In this document: one piece after another, positions 39,501 to 58,534 of the stretch
Numbering within the stretch: position 1 is the first letter of the stretch
How the letters are laid out: every line of letters begins with the position of its first letter
From: Macrostomum lignano
Taxonomy: Eukaryota
Direction of reading: 5' to 3'
Assembly (NCBI GenBank): GCA_002269645.1
Contig: NIVC01003672.1
Coordinates: 42,664 to 106,663, forward strand
Length of the DNA: 64,000 nt
Program-made: the position numbers and the translations under genes
Notes under the pieces: generated by a model
What the model was told of the DNA's origin: nothing
The model's input: only the letters and a program-made list of their open reading frames with translations
Databases searched by the model: none

Positions 39501-40717
39501 GCTAAAAATTGGATGAATCGCGCTGCGCAGCCGAACATTTCTTAGCCGCCGGAAGTTCTCCTCGCTCATGACGTTGCAGCTGGCTCCACTATCTACGAGT
39601 ACGATGAAGTCCTTGCCCTCGATCTTCAGACGAGTGTTGGCGGAGTTGTGTCTGGGCGCGGTTTTTTGCGACTGGATAGTGAAGGCCTCCTCGTTTAGCG
39701 AATCATGATCGATGAAGACCGCCTCAGCTTCTTTGTCAGCTACGGCGTTGATGCTGGAGCTTGTTTGAGGCCTGCGTTGTCTGCATTATTTGGCGAGGTG
39801 GTTTGGCTTGCCGCATGCTTGGCAGATTTTGCCTTTTGCCGCGTTGCATGAGCTGTGTCCGCGCTTGCCGCATCGATAGCACGTGGTGGGGCCGCTGTTT
39901 GCTGGGCCGCCAGGGACCCGCTGACTGTTTAGGCGCGTGGAGTCTCTGAACTGCTTTGGAGCCGCTCTGTGCACTGCTGCGATGCTACTGGAGTTCTCAA
40001 TGGCCGTGGCCTGCTCTTCTGCTGCTTCGAACGCGCGCGCTTGTTTCAGCGCGTCGCTGAGAGAGATGTTCGACTCCTGCAGCAATCTTCGCCGAAGCTT
40101 ATCGGAGCAGCATGTCGCCACTAACTGATCTCTGATTAAGGAGTCCTTGAGTGTTGAAAACTCGCAGGTCTCGGCCGCTGATTTGAGCCGGGAGTACCAT
40201 GAGTCCACCGGCTCTCCGGTTTGCTGAACGCATAGACGAAACTGATAGCGGGCAAATACGATGTTGTTGCGCTCCTTGAAGTGCTCTTTTATTGTTGCAA
40301 GCAGAGTTTCGAGGGTGCCTTTCTTGTCATCTTGCAGGTCTTTAATGATTTGCGCGATTTCTCTGCCGGCCGTGTAGGCCAGGAGCTTGCACTTTTGAGT
40401 TTCGTCTTTGATGCCTGACGCTTCTATAAAGTCATAAAAATGATCGGACCATTCGTTCCAGCGTTGACCGGCATTCTGTTGATCTGCAGGGGGGGGGGCA
40501 GTGAGATGAATTGAGCCATGAGTGGATGGCCAAAGTGGGCTTGCTTGCGACGCCACTGTAAAGTATGAAGGCTGCAGTTTAAGCTGAGCGAGAAAAATAC
40601 GTGAGGCCCAAACTGTCCAAGTTAACGATATATATATTGGAGGTTCTAAAAGCGAACAATATCAACAAGATGTACATAAATCATGCAACCCTAGATGTAC
40701 ATTTATGATAGAATACA
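36543..40717 (-). mobile_element. Decayed Ty3/Gypsy (Mag-like) LTR retrotransposon; only the 5' LTR can be located
   Basis: Gag 40556-39786 has two CCHC-type knuckles. Protease LVDSGASCNV, RT (..*AHDDIIVFG), RNase H (VDAS, ITDHRPL) and integrase (MDFYGP, SDNGPPF, NGATER) are spread over several frames. PBS at 40555-40542; candidate 161-bp 5' LTR 40717-40557 with TGTA...TACA ends. No matching 3' LTR was found. Confidence 0.88.
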
Positions 40718-40719
40718 AC

Positions 40720-43700
40720 TAACTCACTCACTCAGTTAGAACAAATCGATAAACAATATTGCGAGGCAATTACACGCCATAACCCGGACACTGCGTCCAG
40801 CGAGCGTGATTGTACTGGAAGAGGAGCGCGTATCGGTTTTAACACCGGGGGAGCCAAGTATCCGGCCCGCTACCTCCTCGCTCTTCTGTTGCTCAGGGCC
40901 GGCGATGTGGAGACCAACCCGGGGCCTGCTAACAGCTGCGGACACGTCAGCTGCGGCCGCCCTCTGCGCGGCAAGTTCCTCACCTGCGCGAGATGTAACA
41001 GCCGCTTTCATCTGCAGAGGGACTGCTCCGGGTTGAGTCGCTGGGCCGCGAACAAGGCTGCGGACGCCCAGGAATGGCACTGCGCCAATTGCGAGAACGG
41101 CCCCACCACCCAGACAGACTCGCCGTCCTCTGACCAACCGTCCACCCCTACCTGCCAGCCCACGGAGGAGCACACCACCCGCAGGCAAGCCCTGCTCAAC
41201 TGTATCCGGCAGGAGAAACTTAAATGCAATCACTGTCGGAAACCGATGTGCGTCAGCTCCACCATCGCCTGCTGCAATGACTGTGAAGGATTCTTCCATA
41301 ACGCCTGCACGCAAGCCAAGCGCGACCAGATCAAGAAAGAAATCAGTCGTGGGCTTTGGAGATGCGGTCGCTGCACTGAAGCCGCCTGCCTCCAAGGCCC
41401 GCCCTCCCCTGAGGACCCTGACCCCACTCTTGTTGGGGGGAGCCACCCGGAAGCTGGGTGGGACTACAAGAAACCCGAGCTCAAAATTGTTTGATGGAAT
41501 GCGGACGGGAACAGCAAAAAAAATGGGGGAGCTTGAGGACCTCGCATCTCGGCTTCAGGCCGACGTTATTGCGGTTCAAGAGTCGAAGCTCACCTCCTTC
41601 AACAAAACCCCCCGCATTCCGGGCTTCAGCACCATCCGCAAGGACCGTAAAACCGCCCGCTGCGACCCGAACGTTAAAGGCGGCGGCCTGCTCTTCTTTA
41701 TCCGGCAAGTCATTCCGTTCAATAAACTCCGAGGATGGTCTGGCGGAACCACCGAAGGCTCCAGAATTTCGATCAGCACCTCGGCCGGACAAAAACTTGT
41801 CATCTCCAACATCTGCAGCACAAGCTCAGTGCCTGGTCGACTGGTGCAACTCCGTGGACTACCGCATCCTGAACTCAGGGGAACACACTTAAGTTGACAG
41901 GCGCACCGGACGGACTAGTGCTCCCGATCTCACCATCGCTAGTCAATCAGTGGCCGACCTCTGTAAATGGCAACCGCTCACCGAGCTCGGCTCCGATCAC
42001 CAACCCATCCTGGTGACTGTCCCGGAATCCCGTGAAACCCTGAGCACTGCGCCTCGCTTCAGCTGGTCTTGGAAGAAAGCGAACTGGACCGCTTACCAGA
42101 CCCTGCTCTCCGAGGACGCCGACCGCCTCAATGGCGGCTCCATTAAAAAACAGATTGCCAGGCTCTGCTCGGGCATGCTTAAAGCAGCCAAAGCTGCTAT
42201 CCCGCTCAAAACATTCTCTGCCAAAAACAAGCCATACTGGGATGAAGAACTTACTGAACTTCGCGACACTCGGAACCGGCTTAGGGAATCTGGCGCCCAT
42301 CCTGGTGAGTGGCTCGAAAAAAGTCACGAACTGTCCAAACTCTGTGCCGAAAAAAGCCGAATTCTGGAAGGAGTACATCAACAAAATTCCCGACTCTGCC
42401 GACCCAAAACAAGTCTGGAGGACTGTCAAGTGCCTCAGCAACGGCAAACAACAAGCTCCTCCCAACGAATCTCTCGTTGTTGATGGTCGAGAACTGCGCA
42501 CGGACAAGGAAAAGGCTAACGCCTTTGGCCGCTATACGAAAACATCAACACTCTGAAACACTCAGCGGTGGATTGCAAGGTCAAAGTGACCACGTCCCGT
42601 CGCCTGGCCCACTACTCCACCGACCTTTACTGCCGTGACTTCACCCTTGGTGAGCTGAAACGGGCCATTGGCAAACTTGACCCCAGCAAAAAATGTGGGC
42701 CCGACGAAATCGAAGCTGCCTTCTTCAACCGTTGCTGGCGTACCGGACACTGCCTTGGAGTCTGGAAAAAGGCCGTTATCGTCCCCCTGCTAAAGGACGG
42801 AAAGGACCCCAAAGAGCGCGGTAGCTACAGGCCTGTCAGCCTCACCTCCATCTGCGGGAAGATCCTCGAACGGCTTATCCTCGATCGCCTCTATCGCTGG
42901 CTCAAGCTCCACAACATCATTCAGCCCTGGCAAGCCGGTTTTCAACGTAGTCGCGGCTGTGAAGAGCAAATCGCCCGCCTCTTTCAATCTATTCAAGATG
43001 GATGGGAGAAACACCCGCACTTGAAAACTGTGGCCGTCCTCATCGACTGCTCTCGTGCCTTCGACCGTGTTTAGCGCGCTCGCCTTATTGGTCGCATGAT
43101 GGACGAAGGTTCACCAGCTTTCTCGAAGGCAAGCAGATCGCTGTGCGGGTCGGCTCCTCGCTTGGGAAATGGCGCAGACTGAGGGAAGGCGTCCCCCAGG
43201 GCGCCGTCAGCTCGCCTGCCCTCTTCCTCATCTATGTTAACAAGTGGTCTGGTCACACCGTGCCTCTCGTCGACTACAGTGGCTATGCAGACGACCTTGC
43301 CCTCTGTAGCACGGGCCGGAACCTCCCGGAAATCCAGGCTCGCCTTCAATCCGCCCTGCAGCTCGTCGAGTAATGGGCCGCTCATCTGCGCATCGACATC
43401 AACCCTTCTAAAACTGAGGGATGCCTCTTCTCTCGTGACAGATCTGACCGTCAACGCAACCTCAGCCTCACCCTCCGGGGCCAACAGATTCCTTTCAAGC
43501 AGGAGATTAAGTTTCTCGGAATCTGGATTGACCAATGTCTGCTATTCGAAAAGCAAACTGACTCCGTCCGGAAAAAAATGCTTCGCCGAGCTGCCATTCT
43601 TCGTGCCCTAGCCCACCGTGAATGGGGCTGGGATCGCAAGCTGCTGCTGCGAGTCTACCGGGCTCTTGTCGAATCCGTCGTGTAGCACACCGCCGCGGCC

Positions 43701-44957
43701 TGGATGCCCTGGCTATCTGCGACCCCAGCCCAACGTGAGGCCCTCCGGGTTGTCACTGGTCTCCCCCGCTCGACACCGGTAGAGGCCATCTACTTTGAGT
43801 CGGGAATCCTCCCTATCAGCCTCGAAGCCCGCCGAAAATCGCTGCTTGCGGTTGAGAAGGCGCTCCGCAGACCCCCCGGCGACCCCTTCCGGCAACTTTG
43901 CGAGCGCCGCCAGGACACCCGGCTTTCTGCCAACCGAGGTCTCCGCGAACAAGCTAGACGCATCACCGATGAGCTCCTTGGCGGACACCGCCTAGCCAAC
44001 AGCCACATCCGGCTCCCACCCTGGAATTCGTTGGCCGACGCCGGAGTGCGCATGTTCAACAAGCTGCTGTTCGAGCCCATTGAAACCGACGCCGCTCAGG
44101 CAGTCCAAGCCACCGCGACCGCGCGCTGCCCGAACGCCGCCACTTACTTCACCGACGGATCCGTCTCGGAGGGCGTTAAAAACGGAGGTGCGGCCTGGAT
44201 TCTCATGAGCCAGGACGGCTCCATCAGCCGGCGCGGGCGCGAGGCCGCGGGCCGCTGGTGCAGCTCCTTTGAGGCCGAACTTATCGCCATCTTCCAGGCT
44301 CTAAGCGACATCATTGCCAATGCCACTAAAGAGGCTGCCATTCTCACCGACAGCCAGAGCGCCATCGAGGTCCTGCAAGCTGATCGCCCAACCATCAACC
44401 CGCTCGTCGAGAGCGTTAAGGAACGCCTTATCACCGCCGCCCGTCTTTCTAAGATCATCCTGCAGTGGGTGCCCGGGCACGCCGGAATCCCCGGAAATGA
44501 ACTGGTGGATGCCGAGGCCAAACTAGCAGCCACCTTCCTCAGGAGCATGTCGGCACCACCCTGGATTCGGCTAGGGCCCGCATCCGACGGGTTGTTAACT
44601 ATTCGCCCAACATGACAGGCCACCTGCTCGAGGTCTATGGCCAAAAGATTACGACGCATGAGGGCCCTCGCAGGCAACAGGTCCTAGTCTCGCAGGTCCG
44701 CGCCGGGCATTGTCCTGCATCGATCTACTACCGCAACCGCACCGGCATTGAGGTCGGGGGCAACTGCCGTCTCTGCGCGGAAGAGGTCGATCGGTACCAC
44801 CTTCTCAACTGCCCGGCCCTGGACGTCCAACGCCGTACTCACAGCATTACCGAAATGTGTCAACTCGCTCGCGCCGACGTGGTGGCGCTTCTCCTAGGGG
44901 CCATCGGTTGGTGAACCCTTTAGGAGAGGCTCACCGCATACAACAACAACAACAACA
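40720..44957 (+). mobile_element. Decayed Ingi/I-group-like LINE: 2A - PHD - PHD - APE - RT - RNase H
   Basis: LLRAGDVETNPGP, two C4HC3-type fingers, KIV*WNADG/VQESKL/LGSDH (APE), GVPQG..YADD (RT), FTDGS..TDSQSA..WVPGHAG (RNase H), C-terminal CRLC..H..C, and a (CAA)5 tail at 44941. Many stops and frameshifts. The 5' boundary is approximate. Confidence 0.88.
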
Positions 44958-46000
44958 CCACCAGCTACACTCAACTCAGGCCTGCTCTGAGCACTGCGCC
45001 ATAAAAAGATTTCTTCATATTCTTTCTTCAAAGGCTGATTTAATTTGGTTTATGTTATAAGCAGAGTTCGTTCTCTAAAGCTAATATTCTTAAAGCCTGT
45101 CAGCCCGCCCGTCTGTCTGTCCTGTAACGACTCCAGAATATAATAGCTCATTGTGTGCATCCCTGTCACCAGTCAGCCGGATTGTTAGGAGTTAGGAGAT
45201 TATTTTCTTTTTCTTCACCCGCTAAAAAGAAGGCCCATTCATACTCTTGAGCCGAAATCGACTCTTCTATTCATATCAAGGCCGGTATTTTCAAAGTATT
45301 CCGGCGACCTGAGAGTGCAAATCCCTTCAAGATGAAATGGTGACCAGTCGAGATGATCAGTCGGCCTGCTCATGTAGAGTCTAAAGTGGCCCAAGTTTTT
45401 ATGAATTTTCCAATCCCGCGCTTTGTACAGTTTTTCATTGGCAGATTTATTTTTTTCGGCGCTTTCTACTGCTTCACTGCATGCTGCATGCTCCTTCCCA
45501 TTGTCATTTAAAACGAATTTTAAATGATTTTTGTAGCAGCTCTCACTCCAAGGCCTCGAGGAAAATCAGAACACTTTTTATTAAATCCTAGCCGACAGCC
45601 GGCTTGCAAAGTCAGGTAAAAATGGTTTTCTGCTCACGCATAACTGCTTTTTAGATTTTCTCTATTGAAGCTTTTGTCAAACTTGTTCATTGTTCTGCGT
45701 CATGTTTTAGACTTTTTTTAGCCCAGTACGCTTGTTGTTTGTGGCAGCGACTATGGCTTCGGTTTGTTTGTTTATTCTATATGCAACTCTGATGCAAATT
45801 TTTTCACGACTGAGGTCATGGGGTCTGCATGGTCTAGCTAGAGGCGCTGCCCTGACGCTCTTGTGCCAAACACCAGCGCCAAGTACTTAGAAGAGAGCAG
45901 TGGAGCTCTAATACGGTTTGACAGTGGAGATTCTGGTGAACAATTTGATGGCTTGATGAAGGACATTCTATTCTGCGTGAGCTCCACTTTACTAATTGGC

Positions 46001-46266
46001 CCATTAGTGTGGCCGTTAGTATGCTACAGTATGTGGAATTACTTACTTTAGATGTACTTTACCATTACCATTAGTGTGGCCGTTAGTATGCTACAGTATC
46101 TGGAATTACTTACTTTAGATGTACTTTACCATTACCATTAGTGTGGCCGTTAGTATGCTACAGTATGTGGAATTACTTACTTTAGATGTACTTTACCATT
46201 ACCATTAGTGTGGCCGTTAGTATGCTACAGTATGTGGAATTACTTACTTTAGATGTACTTTACCAT
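46001..46266. repeat. 67-bp tandem repeat x4
   Basis: Units start at 46001, 46068, 46135 and 46202. Confidence 0.95.
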
Positions 46267-47075
46267 CGCTAGCGACTGTTCGGTGCATCATAGAGGTTGC
46301 AAAATTTGTACCGTGTTTGTAAGCAGACGCAATAGTTTCACGAGCTCTATAGATAATTGGCAGTTACCTCCTAAAGCTGACACCTAATAGCATGCCTGGG
46401 CCTGTGATCTCTAAGAAAAGAATAGACAAAGACAATGGACAACTAAACACTTACGGCTAACATGTATAAAGCTGACACAGTGTTACCTTGATTAGAAAGT
46501 GATCTAATTTTGTTCCTATCGCTAATGCATAGTTAATCCTTAGCTGACGATTAGAATCCTTGGGGGGAATTGCTAGGAGGGCGCTGCATTGTACTTAAAG
46601 CGGAGCTCTATCATGTTGGGATCAACTTCGATGTAATAATTAATACCATCAGTGTAAGCAGCTTTCAAGTCTCTGAGCTCCCTTTTGTCCTTCATTTATT
46701 CACTTCACGGATGCCTTCCTTCGTGTCAGGATTCGGATTCCTGCGCCGCGTTTTCCAGACGTACAGCTCAGACAGAGATATGGCTACTCAATTTTTATTA
46801 TTATTTTAGATTAGAAAAAGTAAGCACATTTGAATACGAAATAGTAGCGCAAAGAAATAATAATAATGTTTAGTAAGTTTAATAATAATTAAAAATATTC
46901 TGGCAAGCAACGCGAGTTAGTGCAAAGTACAAGACAATTTTAAGTCCAAACAGTTGTATATCGTTACCACCTTCAGATAACTGTTTTGTTAGTAGGCTTT
47001 TGACCATAGATATTTTTCGCCGCTAGAGAGGATGCAGAGGCACAGAGAGTCCGTTGTGGTGTGGGGGTGAAGATC

Positions 47076-47382
47076 TAACCATAGAAATTCTAACCATAGA
47101 CATTCTAACCATAGACATTCTAACCATAGACATTCTAACCATAGACATTCTAACCATAGACATTCTAACCATAGACATTCTAACCATAGACATTCTAACC
47201 ATAGACATTCTAACCATAGACATTCTAACCATAGACATTCTAACCATAGACATTCTAACCATAGACATTCTAACCATAGACATTCTAACCATAGACATTC
47301 TAACCATAGACATTCTAACCATAGACATTCTAACCATAGACATTCTAACCATAGACATTCTAACCATAGACATTCTAACCAT
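47076..47382. repeat. 15-bp minisatellite (CTAACCATAGACATT) x~20
   Basis: Nearly perfect array. Confidence 0.97.
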
Positions 47383-47737
47383 GGACAAATTTCCTTGAAT
47401 TAAACAGCCCTACTAACAATATTTCTATTTTAAAGATATTTTAAAATATCTTTTATAATATTTTATATTTATTTTTATTTTTATTTTTATTTTTATTTTT
47501 ATTTTTATTTATTTATTTATTTATATTTTAAAATATTTTAAACTTCGTGATTTTTCTATATCTCTTTCTATATCTTCTATTTCTCTATCTGTCTATTGCT
47601 AAATTTCTATGGGATTTATTCATAGTTTGCTTGTTTAGTTAGTTTTGCAGGTGGGTTTGGGCGTTACCCAGGTCGGCAGGGTCGGCAAGGGCGGCACACG
47701 CGAGAGGCAAACAAAGCAAGCAAACAGCACGCGATAG

Positions 47738-51751
<4,014 letters not shown>

Positions 51752-52242
51752 GATTCGAACTTCCCCGTGGCTTGTTGAAGTTGTCAAGTCGAAATAGTTT
51801 GTGTCATTGAGCTGCTCCGTGAGCGCGGAACTGGACCTGGGGGTGTTGCATAAAGGCGTGTATGATGGTGGAGTGCGCAAAGCGAAAGTATTCCGGGTAT
51901 TCCGGGAAATCGATAAATGACGGAAATGTTAAAAACACGTTGCCCAGTGAACTTTGCATACTTGCCAGGTAAAATTTGATGCTGAAAAGTCTTTTTAATC
52001 CCTAATAAAACTTCAAAAACACAGTTCTATACTTAAAGAGCTGCTTTTATTCTTCAAAATGAAAGCATTTGATTGACAAAGTCCCCCTTTCTTAACTCAA
52101 CACAGCCTTCACGATGCCTTCAAACTGTCCACCGAATTTGCATTCTGCCAGTTTAACCCTGGGTTCCGCTGAAGCCCGGCGTCCCCTGAGACTTGAATTG
52201 ATCAACCAATCATTCATGATACAGTTTCTCACGCACTTCAGC

Positions 52243-53349
<1,107 letters not shown>

Positions 53350-54277
53350 ATACATACAGAAATAAGAAGAAAGCGCGCACGTCAGTATATAGTACCCAAT
53401 GCTATCGTCTATTTATCATGTATCATTTTTGAGATAAATTTTGTACAAGGAGATAAACACTCTGAAGAATGGATGCTGAGCCAGCTGACGAGATTTATCC
53501 CAGTGGCAGATGTAGCAGCATCTGCTGTTCTATTTCGATCATCAGTACGCCTGTAACTTTCAGCCCATTGCACTGAGTCGTGTGGCATCTTTGAATAACT
53601 TTCTATAAATTTCCAACAGTTCAGAGGAGGAAAAATAGCTATATGAAAAGGAATAAAATAGAATTATAGACGTGACAAAGTCAGTTATTCACTGCATGAA
53701 TTGTCTGCTTGTCATAACAATTTTTTGTGTCAAATGTAAAACAGCACAGCTATTTTAGGAATAAACACACTTATAGTTACGGATTTTTTCCACTCAGACT
53801 TAACCGAAGACGTTATCACGTGTAAATAATAGTTATATGCAGCTGTCATTTCCCAAATCTTTCAGCACAAACTTTGCAGGAAGTTTGCAGCCATTGAATT
53901 TTGGCAAAACAGTCTTTTACGGCGTTAATTAAAGCAGAAATATTTCAAGAAAATACTTCCGCTAAAAGCATGCAGAAATGAATTGCTTTTTATGGTTCTG
54001 AAGACTGAATAAGAATAAGCCAAGCTTGGCGAAAGCAAATGGCTAAAATTTCTGCGGTGACCTGGCAAGAAAACAAGGGTAGAGTACTTTTTTAGCCAGA
54101 CGAAAACTTTGTGGAGACTCAACTGGTTGAGTTGTTTTGCTTCAGGGCCTTCTGAATAGTAATGTTCTGTTTTATCTAGTAAATCATGTAATACGAACGC
54201 ATGTGATGGGTTGAATCAGCTGTTTAAATTGTGATGTTTCAAGCGCGTTTCTACACATTTCTATCCGTAATAGCATA

Positions 54278-54522
54278 GGGGGCTGTAGCCTAGTGGTTGG
54301 AGCGTCGGGCTCACGACTTGAAGGTCGGGGGTTCTAACAATTTGTGTCCTTGAGCAAGACACTTAACTCTGCATTGCTTCAGTTCACCCAGCTGTAAAAT
54401 GGGTGCCAGTATTAGCTGGGGTAATTGAGGCTGTGTGTGGCGACCCCCCAGTCCTTGGACTGAACAGCCGTACGCAGCCTTCAATAGCTGCGGCTGAGCT
54501 GTCGGTTGCACATCTGCCCATT
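54278..54522 (+). mobile_element. tRNA-derived SINE with a CORE/Nin-like central domain
   Basis: A-box TAGCCTAGTGG and a degenerate B-box, then GTGTCCTTGAGCAAGACACTTAAC...CTGTAAAATGGG, which resembles the conserved SINE central domain. The 3' end is approximate. Confidence 0.7.
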
Positions 54523-55302
54523 AGGGCAGGTGTTTTCAACAATTAGTATTATTATAATTACCCATCATGTACTGGTTTTTGACAATCTGCCCCTGATCAG
54601 CCCTTTGTGTGATGTACTGTTGACCCCGATCACGGCCCATGTGTGATTAAAACACACGCGCTGAGAAAGCAAAACAGCAACCTATGCTGCTTCTCTCCAT
54701 TATATTTTTTAAAACTAAGACAGTAACTTACCAGTTGTCCATCGATTGTTATCGGATATTAATATTATTTTTTTGTTTATAATGGCAGCGATTTTTCTGT
54801 ATTGCAATCTTATCTGTAGCAACGCGAGTCAATATTGATCTGCATTGTCCTATCTGCTAATATTAGCTTTGGCTGGTATCTCTGGGCGCTTAAAGTCTAA
54901 CACTGGGTTCCCATGACGCATATCCCATGCTAGGATTGGCGAGGGATAAAATGGGAGAAAGGGGAACTGGGGTAGGCTACGGCCTGAGGGCCAATGAATG
55001 ACAGTTGACTTTCCTACGCTCCTATACAGAGCTTCTGGACCTGGTAGTGGAAATGCTGCAACAATCAGTCATCTGGGATTTAATTTTTTGCCAAACCCAT
55101 TCATTGTTTTGAGAAAGCTTTAAAATATTGGCCGTTAGAATAAATCATTTTAAATTGAAGGCATAAATTCAATTAACAAATTAGCTACCTGTAGAAAAAT
55201 GAACAATTGTAAGCCATGGGGCTGTCCTGCCCCACTCACATTCGAGCGATTCACACTCACGAAGGCCAACCTCCTAAGGCTCACAGAGTGTACATGCCTG
55301 AC

Positions 55303-55738
55303 CAGGGGCGTCGCCATGGATTTTATGGTGGGGGGGGGGGGGGGTGGACAAAGCCTAGAATTTTTCATGCACATGTACATGACTAAAATTTCTACATGTA
55401 CATTATTTTCAGAATTGGTGTCGTCAGCGCTCATTTTAGCGCCGCAGGCACTCATTTAACTCACAGTAAGATAAGTATTCTATATTATACATTTAGTATA
55501 GGTGGACTAGCGCACAACCCCCCTTGGGGGTGGGCCTGAATGCATTTATAAGGCAATCATTTTGGCGCCACAGGCCACTCATTTTAGCGCTGCAGGCACT
55601 CATTTTGGCGCCACAGGTGGTATGTTTTGTCGCCCTGAAGCAAAATGATTGACTTCCATAATGGGTCACAAGGAGGGGTGGGGGGACCAAGCATTAGCCT
55701 GTCTCCCCTGCCCCCCCCCCCCGGTGGTGACGCCCCTG
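55303..55738. mobile_element. hAT-type MITE, 436 bp
   Basis: 13-bp TIR CAGGGGCGTC(G/A)CC with exact 8-bp TSD TGCCTGAC (55295-55302, 55739-55746). Confidence 0.88.
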
Positions 55739-57599
55739 TGCCTGACGATTAGAAAGTCAGGACCGCTGGACACCGCTGTTGCTCAAGGCGTTACGCCAGG
55801 ATGCCAAGATGACTTTTGAGTGACGCCACTTGCGACACGCGACGCAGAATTTGGCTGGGTGAGGAGGGATTGGGAAGAGCGGAGGGCGAAGACTGGATGG
55901 ATTGAAGCTTCCGCCCGGTTTTCATTGTTTCTTTTTTCAAGCATTTTTAATATCGAAATGGTTGGCCAGTTGGCAGATGCTGGTCGAAAGACACTGCTCA
56001 CTGAGGCAAAGGGTGGTGAAATTTCAGTGTTGCTGAGTATATATACGCATGTTTACAGAAAAAAAATTGCACCTTCGACTGCAAATCTAATTAAAAAGAA
56101 AATGAATACATAAACTATGTATACTATGTAAACTATATAAACCAAATGTTATTAAAGCTCACTTAGAATACGCAGCAAAGTTCATAAGAACTTTATATAA
56201 ATGGTTAACGATGGGAAAACTCAACGAGAAGAGAGTGTCACATACAGGGCCTATTTTTGACTAGCTATCTTGTTACAGTCGAGTTCCGAGGCAGCATACA
56301 GCATGCCGCCGCCTTTAATAATAGATTCCCTGTCAACAAGCTCCTACTCAGCAAGCGCGCCATGATTTTAGTAAAGCCCACGAGACAGTTGCCATGGCCT
56401 TAGCCACTCTGTCTGCTCGATGCCCAATCAATTCAGGGATTAGTTTCTGGGACAAGCCTCAACCCCGCAAGGAATTGAGCTCATAGAGAATTCCTCTAAG
56501 CCAACACCCTGCTGTGGCAAGCGGACACTAAATTTGCTCTCAAACATTTTCACTGAAGCTAACATTTGCTATGCTCCAGACAACTTCTCAGAACTTAATT
56601 AAAATTGAGTCTAGACTTGTTGAATTAGAAATTTCCAAGCAATCGCTAAAGCAAAATCTCAAAAACAGAAGTTCGTCACGTCAAAGCGATGCTAAATTTA
56701 AAATAATCGGGATTCGACTGCATAAAAATGGCTAAAATTGGCAAATCTTGCAATGCTGTTATGCGTACATAAGCAAAAGTACATCCACGCTGCGAGGAAA
56801 GACGCAGAACCTGACACTGTCTTTTTGTCTGAAAATGATTTTTCCTTGCTGCCAACCTCGTCTCGGATCTCCGGCAGGAAGCGTCGTCTCCCTTCCTAGT
56901 AGCGGATTTAGCCGAGGACTTTATAAGCTATCTGTATCAATGATTCCGCATAGATTTCTGAGAGGTTATCAAATTCGATTTAGTCAACGTAACGCTTTTG
57001 GCGGCTACATCGTCACGTGATTAGCATGACAGCTTCAGGCGGAATTTCAACTCGAACACAGAGGGCATTTTTCTCCAAGCAGTGTTCTACAAATAAAAGT
57101 GCATTGAGAATAAATTACTGCGATATTAGATATAGTTAAAATAGGGCCTATAGGGTCACCTGGGTATGAGAGAACACGGTTGGCCTAGCAACTATTCTGG
57201 CGGAACAGATAACAAGTAAATCATGTATTGATTTTTGGGGTTATTCCTGACGACTCTCCCATAGCAGCCTTGGGGATTTACATTCACTCGCCGGACAAAA
57301 TCAAGCACTCAGAAATGTGTTAGGTACGGGTAACGATTTAGTTAATCAGTGCAGAAAAATGCACACAGCTTTTAGGCTAAGAGGCATTCTTTTCTGTTGC
57401 TACAGAAAAGCCTTTGGGGTAACAGCTGTGAATCTAAGCCGGCGGATATTTCACACTTTCTAACTGCGAGCTCAGAGAGCGGTGGCGACTGCTTACCGGT
57501 ACGATTTTGAAGACTCGTCACGGTTTCATGTATCCATTCTCTCTCTCTCTCTCTCTCTGAACCCGATTCGATGGCGCTATGCTTCCCTTCTCAAATAAT

Positions 57600-58152
57600 C
57601 AGTCTCTCCGCTCCCCATCAATTCCTGAATCTGCTTCTCCGCTAGCCATCAATCCTTGAATTTGCCTCTCCGCTCCCCATCAATCCTTGCATCTGCCTCT
57701 CCGCTCCCATCAACCCCTGAATCTACCTCTCCGCTCCCCATCAATCCTTGAATCTGCCTCTCCGGTCCCCATCAATCCTTGCATCTGCCTCTCCGCTCCC
57801 ATCAATCCTTGAATCTGCCTCTCCGCTCCCTTGAATCTGCCTCTCCGCTCCCCATCAATCCTTGAACCTACCTCTCCGCTCCCTTGAATCTGCCTCTCCG
57901 CTCCCTTGAACCTGCTTCTCCGCTCCCTTGAATCTGCCTCTCCGCTCCCTTGAACCTGCTTCTCCGCTCCCCATCAATCCTTGAACCTGCCTCTCCGCTC
58001 CCTTGAATCTGCCTCTCCGCTCCCTTGAACCTGCCTCTCCGCTCCCCATCAATCCTTGCATCTGCCTCTCCGCTCCCCATCAACCCTTGAATCTGCCTCT
58101 CCACTCCCTTGAATCTGCCTCTCCGCTCCCTTGAATCTGCCTCTCCGCTCCA
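57600..58152. repeat. Minisatellite GAATCTGCCTCTCCGCTCCC(CATCAATC)CTT
   Basis: Alternating long and short units. Confidence 0.93.
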
Positions 58153-58534
58153 CGTCAAACTTTAAATCCACCTATACTAAATCTCTAATCTACTGTCTTT
58201 TTTGTGTGCAATGCTAGGAAACTAAAGGAGAGCGAGAGGGTTTAAGAGAGAAGGTGGGCATTCTAAGATGACTCATTTTTATAGGAAAAATGAAAAAATT
58301 TACTGCGAAGAAAAACGGTCAACTCTCGAACCCCTCTGACCGAAAGTAAATTAAAAACCCGCTATCTGACTCGCTGATTCCGGTTGATGTCATCTCATGC
58401 GGATAATAAATAAATTCTGAAGCTATGTAGAGAATTTTCTATACTAAACAGAACCAGTGAGTACTTTTAGATACATAAATACAAGGTGCTGCTTTTTGAG
58501 TGTTGCATTCGGATTGTACCCAAAAACCCTAAAA

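Noticed and set aside
40873-40884. CCTCCTCGCT, identical to the HDV ribozyme L3 region, near the 5' end of the Ingi-like LINE
   Set aside because: The flanking bases cannot form P3, and the match is explained by Leu-Leu-Ala codons of the 2A helix.
40736-41446. Long antisense ORFs over TE and host exons (also 6523-7185, 31390-31917, 48305-48997 and others)
   Set aside because: Shadow frames of GC-rich coding sequence that is explained in another frame or strand.
45863-46051. Short ORF with a possible donor at ~45976
   Set aside because: No recognisable domain or partner exon, and it runs into the 67-bp repeat.
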